NCBI GenBank assembly: GCA_044892505.1
Contig: CM097882.1
Coordinates: 140,182,001-140,246,000, forward strand
From: Schmidtea nova
Taxonomy: Eukaryota
DNA: 64,000 bases
Direction of reading: 5' to 3'
The notes under the pieces: generated by a model
What the model was told of the DNA's origin: nothing
The model's input: the letters and a program-made list of their open reading frames with translations, nothing else
Databases searched by the model: none
Program-made: the position numbers and the translations under genes
Shown: piece by piece, positions 52,691 through 64,000 of the stretch
Numbering within the stretch: position 1 is the stretch's first letter
How the letters are laid out: the number at the start of each line of letters is the position of its first letter

Positions 52691-52958
52691 AATACACTAA
52701 CATACACAAGCAAATCACAAGCACAACACAGTGAAATGTACAGTTTTATTTTTTGTGTAAATATGTAAAAGTTACAGATTTTTATGCTCTATGTAATGAT
52801 GTAATTTATGTCGTTAAGTTGTAAACAACAAAACAAAACAAAAAACAAACAAAAAAACAAAACATAATAAAACAAAAGAGAATAAAAAAAGTTTTAAGTT
52901 ATTGTTAGTGGTTAAAATATAAATGTTAATTTTTATTCGTTTGTTAACCTCCGGTTTT

Positions 52959-52969
52959 AAAGGGGGAAG
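52959..52969 (+). promoter_or_regulatory. Polypurine tract
   Basis: AAAGGGGGAAG just upstream of the 3' LTR. Confidence 0.85.
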
Positions 52970-52972
52970 TTA

Positions 52973-53887
52973 TGTGAATGTTATATTTATGTGTTATTTT
53001 ATGATGATGGTTATTGTCATTTTGGTATGAGTTTGTAAGCGCCGTCATTACTATGGACGGTGCCTTTGCGGTCACCTGGGCCCCCCCCCTTTTTTCATTG
53101 TGAATGTAAATATTTATTTTTATTATTATTATTATTACCCACATTATTATTATTTAGTTTAAAATTCAAATTTGGCTTGCTATAGCAAAAGCTATAGTAA
53201 GCCAAATTGAAAAATAAAAAATCAATAAAAAAATTAATATCAACAAAAGAAATTAGGAATTAGGCAACAGCAAAAGCTATACAAACAATATACAAACAAT
53301 ACCGAACTATTATAAATACCGAATAATTCCCTTTCAAAATCCTTCAACAAAATACAGAAATACAAAAAAGGACTTCTTCCTTCCAAGACATCTTCCAAAG
53401 TTAATTCTCCAAACAAATCATAAATACCGAACTATTATAAATACCGAATAATCCCCTTCCAAAATCCTTCAATAAAATACAGAAATACAAAAAAGGACTA
53501 CTTCCTTCCAAGACATCTTCCAAGGTTAATTCTCCAAACAAATTATAAAAACCGAACTATTATTAATACCGAATAACCCCCTTCCATAAATCGATCGTTC
53601 AGACATATTATAGCTACAGAGGTGTCTTTTCTCCCGAGTAATTCAATATCCAAAAGACGATCGATATTCTCTCCAAAAGTTAGAGTAATTTTTGCATAGT
53701 TGTGTTATTGTAATATAATTACCTATTGTAATATTAATTTAATTTTGTTATTTTTGTTGATTTGTTCTTATCGCACACATCATAACACAACATAACATTC
53801 ACCCCGAGTGTCGGTACTCTACTAAAGCCAGACTCTCTCGGGCCCTACAAATTCTTCTACTAATACTCCAATACACCCTCTATAGTC

Positions 53888-53895
<8 letters not shown>
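52973..53895 (+). repeat. 3' LTR
   Basis: Near-identical to 47327-48248; followed by (TA)n to ~53940. Confidence 0.95.
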
Positions 53896-53943
<48 letters not shown>

Positions 53944-54829
53944 CAGCTAAAATGTTGTACCATTCAAAACTATATATTTTTACCAGCATTGGTTCTACAG
54001 GCCACTGAATGCACGAATCTAGAAAATGTTACAACTTTAAAGTTGCTTTTTCAGTTAAAGTTCCTCTTAATATTTTCGTGCATTTTTCAGATTCAAATAA
54101 TTGGTGGGTTGCTGACAAACAAAATAACGTTGATTATTGTTATGAATTCTATCCTTTAACAACCCAACATATATAAATTAGTAAAATATATACAGTGTTA
54201 CGTTGGTACTGCAACAAATGTGTGGACATTCGCAAAAAGTGAGCGTCTAATGAATTAAAACTATAATTGACAGAATGTCACAGTTGGGTTCAAGGGCGTC
54301 CAATAGAATGTATAATGCTCGTTAAGTCCCATGCTTAATCTAAATATCATATAACTATTCGCTGATATATCTTAAACATTGAAATAAAGCAAAACTTTAC
54401 GAATCCCTTGTTAATTATTAAATAAATAAACACTCAGTAATTTATTTAATAATTTGTACATATAGGTATTGTTACAAAATTCTTGGTGCACCGAACACAC
54501 GATCACCGTAAAACATACAAAATACTTTCACAATTACACTACTCAAGGATCAATTTCACATATATAAAAGAAATACATAATCTTAATAATATTATCAAAA
54601 TCATGGTCAAGAATACTTTTGTCTTCTGAAATTTCCTGAAAAATCGGCTTTTGTTATCTTACAATTTTCCAAATTACTCAGATTAAGGTCTTGATTCGAA
54701 ACAAGATTGAACGAACTGCAATATCTTAAAAAATTTATTGATTGATCATATCTATTTTTAGCAAATAGGTTTCCATAAGAAGAAAAGATTTTCCCATAGT
54801 AAGTGGAGTGTAGTTGATCGGAATTATTT

Positions 54830-55363
54830 TTATTTATTTTTTATGATAATTTTGGATGTTGACATTATTTTGATTTTTAGTTTTAAACCCCCCTCCCAAT
54901 GTGATGTTCCCATTTGTTTTTTTGTTATTTACTTGTTTTGTAATATAAATTATGAGAATAATTAATTATGAAATTTCAATTCAAAATAACCAATTCCTAT
55001 AGTCAAGAAAAACTATAGGAATTGACAAGGAGATAAAATTTACAAATAAAGATTCATATATGAATTAAGATATAAAAATTAGAAAATACAAAAATTCAAA
55101 AGAAAGATTAATGAATTAACTTTTACTTGAGTATAATATTTTGATAGTTACAAAGTTGTTAATAGAATAAAATTAGTAAATTAATTCTGAGTTATTTTGT
55201 TATTTATTTTTTGTAGAAATATATTGCACAAAATATATACGCACGCATACAAGCACACACTTTTAACAAATAGTATTCATCCCAGCTGTCCCAAGACAGA
55301 ATTTTTTACCGGAGACTCTGCTGGGCTCATCAATTCTCCTCATCAACACACACTATAATAACA
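54830..55363 (+). mobile_element. Diverged solo LTR of the same lineage (left boundary approximate)
   Basis: C-rich box, CTATAG hairpin at 54991-55024, CCCAGCTGTCCC...ACTCTGCTGGGC block, ends CTATAATAACA. Confidence 0.55.
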
Positions 55364-55548
55364 TAAAACATCCAAATAATTATAACATATCTAATCATTT
55401 AATATCTTATAACAGTAAGTATAGAAATTAGTTATTGTACTATTTTTATATTTTTATAATTAGTTGTAAAACATAGAACACAAACATAGAACACAATACA
55501 TAAGCTGAAATATGTATAGATCACGTTTTATTTTTTTTCTGTAAATAG

Positions 55549-56250
55549 TGTAACCTCCGGTTTCAAGGGTAAAGTTATGTTATGCTGTACTTTTTATTGT
55601 TATCGTTATTATTTTTCTTATAATTATTATTTTGAGTTTTGGACAGTGTTTGGTCTTTGTGCTCCTCGTTGTCGTGGGCGCCCTTGTGGCTCACAAGACG
55701 ACTTCCCCTTTTTTAGTTTGTGATTAAAGTTTAATTTTCTGTTTTATAATTAAAATAAAATGTTAATATTATTATAAAAATAGTAAATTGAATTTAAAAA
55801 ATAGATTAATAAGCAATTTCTATAGGTAACTATAGAAATTGATTAGGAAAACAAATAAAAATTTAAATTTCCAAGGAAAATTGCCAAGAAAAATTGCCAA
55901 GAAAATATTTCGAAAATAAAAAAAATTAATTTGAGGAAGAGAAATTGAGATTCGTTTTTGTGAAATTAAAAGAAGGATAACAAAGAAAATCGATTAACGA
56001 AAAATTAACAACAATAAAAATTGCATATCCCTAAACAGTAGAAACTATTGGAAAAGATTATAATTGTTAATCCAAGAAAAGCTTGAGAATTGAAAGTATT
56101 TGGAAGATTATCAAGTGACTAACAAATTTCGTTCGAAAATAATACTGTGCACAATTCATACGTGAGTAGTTGTTTATTTATACTTTAATTTGTTAGTTCA
56201 ATAAATATTGTATACAAAGTGTTTTTGTTGTTTGTTAAATTATAACTAAT
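55549..56250 (+). mobile_element. PPT + 3' LTR of another related Gypsy family
   Basis: TAACCTCCGGTTT..AAGGGTAAAGTTA then TGTT at 55578, matching the PPT context of the full-length element; CTATAG hairpin at 55814-55841. Confidence 0.65.
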
Positions 56251-56413
56251 AACATACACAAACACGCACACACACACCAAAAAGGGGAGGGGTCGTCCTG
56301 TGTTCACAAGGGAGCTCAAGGCAACGACGAGCACGATGACCAAACACTTTCCAAAACTCACAATTATAATTATAATAATAACAATAATAACAATAATAAT
56401 AAAAACACAGCAT
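56250..56413 (-). mobile_element. 5' portion of a sister LTR in reverse orientation (its first bases lie at 57166-57174)
   Basis: Reverse complement aligns with 55578-55720. Confidence 0.65.
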
Positions 56414-57165
56414 TGTTGGGGTTAATATAAAAATCACAAAAAGTAAAATAAATAAAAGTTCAAAAATTAATTAAAATTTTTCAAAAATTTAAAATTAATA
56501 TTCATTGGGGGAAATGGGTATGGTTGAATGCCGAATCAAAAGACGAACCCAAAACTAATAATAGAAATTTGGTAAGGGGTCCCCAGAGAAAGTTATTTAA
56601 TAAAAACAAACTAATTAAAATTAATTAATCGCTCAATGGGAAACCCGAGACAATGGGAAGCCCGAGACAATGGGAAACCCGAGCGATGAGGGAAGCCCGA
56701 GCGCAAAGAGACCCGAGAGATCAAAGTCGGGGCAATTAGGAAAAATCCATCCGAGGATAATTAAAATAATTTGTTAGCCAAACAATTAAACCCGATATTG
56801 GTTAACTTTTAGGTATCGATAAAACCTAATTGCTATGTGCTAGAACTATAAAAGGCAGCGCAAAACAGAGGACGGGGCCGACGAGTGGATAGTTAAAAAG
56901 AGATTATTAAAAAGTCTTTGAAAACAAATAAAGAAAGATCCTGAAGAAATTAAACAGACAAAGTAAGAAAGTATCCTGTTAACTAAAGAGTCAAATCCGA
57001 ATCCAAAGAAAGCGTAAATTGATCAAAAGTGTGTATAACAAAGATTGTAATTTTTGTTGATCGTGAATAAAAATTTGTTCTGTGTTGGGTTCATTGATTT
57101 CGATCATTAAAGAGCACGAGGAGTCAGGTCAGTAAACCGATCTTAACCAGAATAAAAACCCAACA
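56414..57165 (+). mobile_element. 752-bp solo LTR with 4-bp TSD GCAT
   Basis: TGTTGGG...CCCAACA ends; GCAT at 56410-13 and 57166-69; TATAAAA and AATAAA inside; GGGAA(A/G)CCCGAG repeats. Confidence 0.85.
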
Positions 57166-57926
57166 GCATTAACAGTAAGATATAATAATTGCCGTTTTAG
57201 ATTATTGTTTTTCCATATTTATTAGCTAAATATAAATAAAAATTTCGCAGACAAAGTTTTTTTCGACAAGGAGAGAAACTTCGCAATTATGATTCGAAAA
57301 TTTAATAGAAATTTTTCAAATGCATTATCTTTTTGGTATACAGATAGTTAATTTAATTATTATTTTACCAATTTTACTCTTTGTAACGATTGTGGGTATT
57401 TATCTAGCAATTTTGTAGGACGTTTAGCATACTGATAATCTTTGAATGTTTGTAAATGAGTTTCCCTTAAAACATAACAGGAATGGATCTTATTAAATCT
57501 AAATAAGGTAAATGTTGTACTAATACATTTCATTCTGGTTCATGAATTTCACATTTAAATGCAAAAAAATGAAAAATACAGATTTTTAATTTTTATACGG
57601 ATTTAAAATGAAAACTTTTTAAAAACGAATCACGGCTCAAATTTTAAATGTTTATGTTGCCATAAAATCTTTTCGACATAGATGTAGAATTACTGAGATT
57701 CAGTGGATTGTTTGCATCAGGATGTAGATACTATATTAATGTGAAATAGTTCGAAATGATTTGCCAATTAAACTCGACTATATAGATTACACAATGGATA
57801 ATAATACAGGAATAAAATTTCTGAATTTGTCAGATTTCGAAAGTAAACAATTTTATTCCTTGATTTCTTAGAAGTTGAACGAGAGTTAAGATTTGAATAT
57901 TTCATGTTTAACGTTTGTATAGGGTC

Positions 57927-58180
57927 AGTAGGAGAAAGCGTGGACGGGGGAACAAAGACATATGACGTCATCGCATGTGTGCATCCAATAAAAATTAAAT
58001 AATCCCCCCCACCCCCCCCCCATTTTTTTGCAAACGATGAGTCATCAAAAAAAAATTTCTAAATTTTTCAAAATTCAAAATTTTCAACAAAATTTTAAAA
58101 ATTTAAAAATTTTAAATTTTTCAAAAACTAAAAAAGGTGGGACGAGCAAATGTACTTCCCAGTCCACAATTCCTCCTACT
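57927..58180. mobile_element. 254-bp element with imperfect AGTAGGAG TIRs, homologous to the terminus at 342-403
   Basis: AGTAGGAGAAAGCGTGGACGGGGGAAC... at left; ...AGTCCACAATTCCTCCTACT at right; TGACGTCA and C tracts inside; no TSD. Confidence 0.55.
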
Positions 58181-58259
58181 CTCCCGTTTTTTCTCACTTA
58201 TTTTTTGACACTTTATATGGATCTGATCAGGTTTCTAGTGTAACAATGTATAGGCAGAA

Positions 58260-58960
58260 TTTAATTCTCTACAAGATGGCTTTATGTTGTGCACACGTGT
58301 TTTGTAATTTAATTTGTATATTTAGCCTATTTAAAATATTTTTATTGTATTTTCATTTTAACATTGTAGGTATAAAATTTAAATGTCTACAAAATGGCTT
58401 GATTGGAAATTTAGTGTGTTGATTTGTTTTTAATACATACATGTTTTGTACTTAAATTTGCATTTTTCATATATATAAATTTACTTTAATGAGTTGTAAT
58501 TGTAATAATATAAATATAAAATTTAAATTTCTACAAAATGGTTTCATTAGTAATTCAGTTTGTTGATATGTTTGTATTACACACATTCTTTTCTAGTCGA
58601 ATTTGTATATTTCATCTATTTAAAATAACTTTATTGAGTTTTCATTGTAATATTGTAGAGATAAAATTTAAATTTCTACAAAATGGCTTGATTAAAAAAT
58701 TTAAAAGTTGCTGTTTTTCATGTTGTACACATATATTTTGTAATTTTCTAACATTTTCACCATTATATAAAATTATTTTGTTGACATTTCTTTATAATAT
58801 TGTACATATAAAATTTAATTTCCTAGAAAATGACTTGATTCAAAATTATGTATGTCGATTTGTTTGTAATTCACACATGTTTTGTAATAAAATTTGTATA
58901 TTTCAACTATATAAAATAATTTCATTGAGTTTTCATTATAATATTGTATGTATAAAATTT
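58260..58960. repeat. ~5 diverged tandem units of ~145 bp
   Basis: TCTACAAAATGG-like anchors at ~58268, 58386, 58530, 58675 and 58821. Confidence 0.8.
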
Positions 58961-58966
58961 TAAATA

Positions 58967-59399
58967 CCACAACGTAAAATATTCTTAAAACACCACAACG
59001 TAATAACAGTTGGTATATATCTATCAGAATATTATAAGTAATTCATTTGTGAATATTACCGAATTTCATCGGAAGATCCGAGAGATCAAAAACAATGTCT
59101 AAATTATTATAAGATTTAACTCTAAGATTTTAAAATAGCTAAAATGATATATATTGTCAACCACTTTACGATAAATTATGTCTCAAATTTCTAAATTCAT
59201 TAATTCAGAAAAGGTTTTACGTCTATTACTTTGTATTTTTTATTACAATTCAATATAACAATAATGATAATAATAAACCGGTTGATAAGTGTTGTGTATA
59301 TGAAAGTTGGGAATTTTATTTATTATTTGTATTGAGTATGGTACTGTGCATACCGAAACCCCCTTTCCAATATTAGGCGCTTTATGTTTGTGGGTTATG

Positions 59400-59432
<33 letters not shown>

Positions 59433-60693
59433 ATTTTAAGAATTCAAATAAAAAATTTGAATTCATCAGCTTACTATAGTAATAAACTATAGTAAGCTAT
59501 GAAATAGAAATTGAAAAATCGATTAGAAATAATAGAAGGTAGCAACAATAATTACCAAGATTTTGAAAACATAAAATTCAATCAAGAAGAGCAAAATATA
59601 AAGCTAATATAAAGCCAATTAGAAATTACGAATTTAAATTAAAAATATAAAGAGCTGGAATCCAGAACAACAAATCTTAAACCCAAGACGAAATTGAAGT
59701 AGACCTTAAACTTACATCTTTTGTAGGCTCACCCAACCAATTCCAAAGCCATTTAAAAGAAATTTATTAACCAAAAGAAAACAATTTTCAAACCAAAATT
59801 ATCAAATCAAAGGATAATTGTGTATATGAAATTGTGTATATCGAATTGTATTCCACCCCGCCTAATCTTGCTGCAAACCCAATCCCTCCGGTAACGAACG
59901 ATTATCAAATTAAAACCAACTAAAGTAACTTTTGTAAAGTTGAGTAGATTAAACGTTTATTATCCTAACAGTTTTAATTGTTAATAATTATTTGATCTTA
60001 TTATTTGTTTACTTATTTATTCTCACGCACTCGAACATTACAAAGCATACACCCCGAGTGTCCCCACAATAATCGGGCTGACTCTCTAGGGCGCTTACAT
60101 TTCTCCCTGTACATATTTATAACATCTGACTATAAAAAACTTTTGAGACAAGTAAATTAGAACATTACAATAAGTAAATCTTTTTTATAAAATATAAATA
60201 ACAAAAAACTGTTTTAAAAAGTTTTATTTTATTTAAAATCTTGAACTTCTTCTCGCAGATGATTAAGCAATCGTTCATTTTCGATCCTTAATTTAACTAT
60301 TTGTAGATTTTTTCGACGGAGCTTCTCTATTAATCTTTCAATTGATTCCAAGTACCGATATTTGATTTCATCTATTTCTTTCATTTTACTAATAATATGA
60401 ATCATTGTATTTTTTTCTTTTTTGATTTTCTGAATTTTTCCTAATAAAAGTAATCATTATTTTAAAAAATAAATAAATATAATTTTACTTGTACGTTGAG
60501 AACTTTGACATTTTCAGCTAAAGAACTTCCAGGTTGAGAACTTACAAGTAGAGAACTTGTTTCGCAATCGGTATTATCGGTATTATCGTTGTTCACCGTG
60601 TTCATCGTTTAAAAATAAATTACTTAAAAATTCTGATAGATATATACCAAATATTATTACGTTGTAGTATTTTATGAATATTTTACGTTGTGG
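58967..60693. mobile_element. TIR element (CCACAACGTA... ends, TA flanks) interrupted by a solo LTR
   Basis: ACCACAACGTA-like motif twice and TGGTATATATCTATCAGAA at left; reverse complements at 60631-60695. Confidence 0.65.
59290..60124 (+). mobile_element. Solo LTR related to the full-length element's LTR (left boundary approximate)
   Basis: (ATT)n tract, CTATAG hairpin 59468-59498, ACCCCGAGTGTC...GACTCTCTAGGGC, ends TATAACA. Confidence 0.7.
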
Positions 60694-60735
60694 TATTTCA
60701 ACTTTTAAAGTTTTATTAGGATCCATTTTTTGGTA

Positions 60736-60788
60736 TGAGAACCCACTTTGTGATGAAAACCCACTTTGTGATGAAAACCCACTTTGTA
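60736..60788. repeat. 3 x 18-bp tandem repeat TGAAAACCCACTTTGTGA
   Basis: Direct reading. Confidence 0.9.
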
Positions 60789-60853
60789 ATTGTTTTACAC
60801 ATTAAAGAAATTGATTCTAAGACTAAAGGTTTGATTAAAATACAAGTATTTTG

Positions 60854-61658
60854 GGTACATGGCGAAAATAGCATGTTTTTGAGAAAATAGCATGTTTTTG
60901 AATTTATTAATTTAGCATTAAAAATAATTAAATTAAATTAAATTTTTTTAAAACTGAAACACTATATTAATCGACAAACAAATAAATTTATTCGAATCTC
61001 AATAACAGCAAAAACTTGTTAAACCTACTGCGTTTCGGAATTCCATATTCCCACATAAATTGTATCAAATATTCGCTCTTTTTCTCTCGCGAAATACCGT
61101 TCTTCTTTCTTAAAAAATACTTCGAACGCGACCACAAACCTTCAATATTTTGTGTGTGTATTTTGGGATCCAGTGGATCAACAAAGTTAACGGAATGATT
61201 GATGGTCTCATGTTGCATAGATTCAAACCCCCTTAATGCCGCACCGTACTCTCCAACAAACCACTGATTATCCAACATTCTTCCGCGATTATATTTCCTC
61301 CGATAAAACAAACTCTCATCAATTTCCACAATCTTACTCGTTCCATCTTCATTGTAACCACCAAGAATTTCAGAATGATCTGCCATATACATACAAAGAG
61401 CTTCACGAACAAAGCATGCCCAAAAACCAGATGTATGTTTTTACATGGTCGCCTGCACACCCATTTGTAACCATCAATAGAATGTTTGTCTGTAATGTAA
61501 GACATGCGAGGTGTTCCATAACATAAATCACAGTGTTTTTCATTGTCGATTATCCCAACAATTATTTTTTTTGGTTAATTTAATTATTTTTTAATGGTAA
61601 ATTAATAAATTCAAAAACATGCTATTTTCTCAAAAACATGCTATTTTCGCCATGTACC
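60854..61658 (-). mobile_element. 805-bp internally deleted Merlin (IS1016/ISXO2-like) transposon
   Basis: TIRs GGTACATGGCGAAAATAGCATGTTTTTGAG...; exact 8-bp TSD GTATTTTG. Confidence 0.92.
60988..61392 (-). pseudogene. Merlin/ISXO2 transposase remnant lacking the middle of the catalytic domain
   Basis: VEIDES..RRKYNRGR...QWFVG joined directly to ...HETINHSVNFVDP...HTQNIEGLWS. Confidence 0.85.
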
Positions 61659-63079
61659 GTATTTTGACATATTAGACAAAACCATTGAGTATTTAGTTGA
61701 ATATTAATAGTTTTTACACTTGTAAAGATTTCGATAAACTTTTTACAATTGAATATACATAAGAAATAATGATCATAATTTTGTTATTTACAGTCAATCA
61801 ACCCATTTTACAATCATTTAATCCATTTTACAATCTTTTAACCAATTTTGTAACCAATTTTTTAAGTTTCCAAAATCATTGATTGATAAATGATTGATTA
61901 ATAAATACAAAAATTGTCAATATTTTTACTAGTTTGTATAAAATTTACTCTGAAATAATTAAACTCTGTAAAATTGATTAATATTTAAGAGAAATGATAG
62001 AAAATATACATGTTCTTGAATACCACAATTTTATGATACAAGCAATACAAATGCATGAAAGCCGCAATACAAGTACATGACACAAGCAATACGAGTGCAT
62101 GACACATGCGCAACACGCATCACAGTGATTTATATCAACAATTCAGGCTTGAAATGTGATGAGTAACACAGTTATTGAACTCTAGCATCAGAATATTTCT
62201 AACAGAACCCTAATAGCAGAACCTTGGTGACACCTTTTGTGATGATTTTTATTTGCAAAAGATTCATCTAATATTTTATTGACAAATAAGTGCGTGTGTA
62301 AATAATTAGTATATATACCAGTTATTTTTCATTTATATTTTAAAATGTCCAATTGAACATCAAATGGTAAATTTTGATTATTTTTAATTCATTTTTACAC
62401 ATTTATTTTAGAAAAACTAATGCAAATTTTAATTAACTATGCAACGGAGCTTTATCAGTCTTTTAAAAGATTTAATATACTGGGTACCGGAAATTATACC
62501 CTTTTGAATATGGATGTCAACCAGAAAAGATCTCAATGCTGTTTTACTAGATCATTTAAAGACAATTGACCAGGAACTAATGGTAGTAGTATATCATGAA
62601 CCTTGTGTATATCGATGTGAAAGTTGCGTTTATCGGTTAAAAAACTATCATGTATGGATTCTAGAAAATGAGTTGAGAAAATATCATTTTTCAACCATTG
62701 TAGATAAATGTTCAACCATTGTTGATAAACTTGTTTAAAAATGTTCATTTATTGATGAAAACTGGTCATTCATTTCACTTAGACAAGAATGTAAAATCAT
62801 TAAATTTTACACTTGTAAAATAACTTAAGTAACATATATTTAACTAGTTTTACAATAAAATCTATATTAATCTGTAAAAACCTTTAAATAATCAGTATCA
62901 AACAAAAATACATTTATTTTCGATAAATTAAATTTACAATAGTATAAATACTAAAGAATCCAATTGTTATCTTCAATATATTTTTCAATCTTTCTTTGGT
63001 TTTCCTAATAACCCTACTATTTTCAGCCTATCCTATTAGTTTTTGCCATTGTCCCTTTTCTTGAAACCAAGGACATATT

Positions 63080-63429
63080 TCATTTTGGATAATCTAAAAT
63101 AATATTAACATTATAATTAAATAAAATAAAATTAATATACCTGTACTGACCATTGAAAATAATTTCATAATTTGAACCAAAATTTTCCATTATTTGTTTT
63201 ATATACATTAACGCCACAATGACATGTGAGCACTTCATTTCAGATTCAAATGACGAGTAAATACGCTGTTGAATGCATGTTTCTGGCTTGTTGCCGGCTT
63301 TTGACTCAAACTCCACGAATAGTCGATGGGATAAGAATGATATATTTTCTCGGCATCAGACACCAAGATTTGTAAACTTGGTATTAGCTCATCATCATCT
63401 TTCTCTTTTGATAACAGACCGTCAATCAA
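63080..63429 (-). pseudogene. Possible SWIM zinc-finger remnant of a DNA transposon
   Basis: KAG...KCSHVIVALMYI in frameshifted ORFs; weak. Confidence 0.3.
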
Positions 63430-64000
63430 CTTTATTATAAATATTTCTTGTTTCCTTTTATAAATAATTATACATTTTCAAGTATTTTTACAAATTTATT
63501 CAAGGTTTGTGTGTGTTTGTATTACTTATGAATTGCAATTTGATTGAACAAGTATTGTAACTTGATTACACTTCTATTGCAACTTGATTGCAACTCATGC
63601 GCATGGACAATAAAGAAATTTTAATACAACTTTAAGTCATACAACTACATGGCATGCAGGTTATTTATAAACATATACATTTGAAACCCACCATTCAAAT
63701 AACCACTGACCATATTATTTTCTAAAATCATCATAAAAATACTAAACAGGTATGTTTTCACTAAATAAGTGGGTTTTTACTAAACATGTGCGTTTACATA
63801 AAACATGTGTGTTTTCGCTAAACATGTATATTTTCATTAAATTATATCTTAAAATCACCCATATTAACACATAAAATAATATTTACAGCTCCACTTACTA
63901 AAATATTACAAGAAAACTTCGATTTACACATGTTTAATTATTGCGTTGACTTACCTGGTTCCGTTAGAATAAAAATAATTTTCTACATGAAAAAAATAGT

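Larger units (their letters stand above)
47327..53895 (+). mobile_element. Full-length, very young Ty3/Gypsy LTR retrotransposon (CsRN1/Kabuki-like) inserted in a (TA)n tract
   Basis: 922/923-bp LTRs, PBS, gag, PR-RT-RH-IN, PPT; Gag knuckle C-x2-H-x9-C-x3-C; (TA)n on both flanks. Confidence 0.97.

Noticed and set aside
342-57990. One giant element bounded by the inverted repeats at 342-403 and 57927-57990
   Set aside because: The termini face outward (CTACT at the low coordinate, AGTAG at the high one), so they cannot be the two ends of one element.
1-64000. tRNA or rRNA genes
   Set aside because: No cloverleaf or rRNA-like segment recognised; only a tRNA-complementary PBS.

Overview
Very AT-rich eukaryotic (invertebrate-like; taxon not determinable) genomic window with several N gaps. 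I reconstructed one host gene by hand: an 8-exon CNBD1-like cyclic-nucleotide-binding-domain gene on the + strand (3341..46646, 1437-nt CDS, all splice phases consistent). It has two ~43-bp introns and five 4-20 kb introns packed with mobile DNA. Its last intron also holds an antisense intronless PIMT/PCMT1 ORF truncated against a retroelement, a PSMA6 fragment and two TRAF-like RING fragments. Mobile DNA includes a very young full-length Ty3/Gypsy element (47327..53895) with a complete -1 frameshift signal, two decayed Gypsy elements, nested solo LTRs, and mariner, Stowaway-like, pogo, hAT, Merlin and foldback elements. Polinton/Maverick-like AGTAG termini sit next to a compact HTH/C2H2 gene pair. 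The most striking system is a set of at least three families of minimal hammerhead-ribozyme motifs from Penelope-like retroelements (PLEs). One family has a U3-A8 compensated catalytic core with stem covariation between copies. Many copies are self-inverted palindromes, and in one family the fold-back junction overlaps the predicted self-cleavage site. All assignments come from reading the sequence; no database search or folding program was run.
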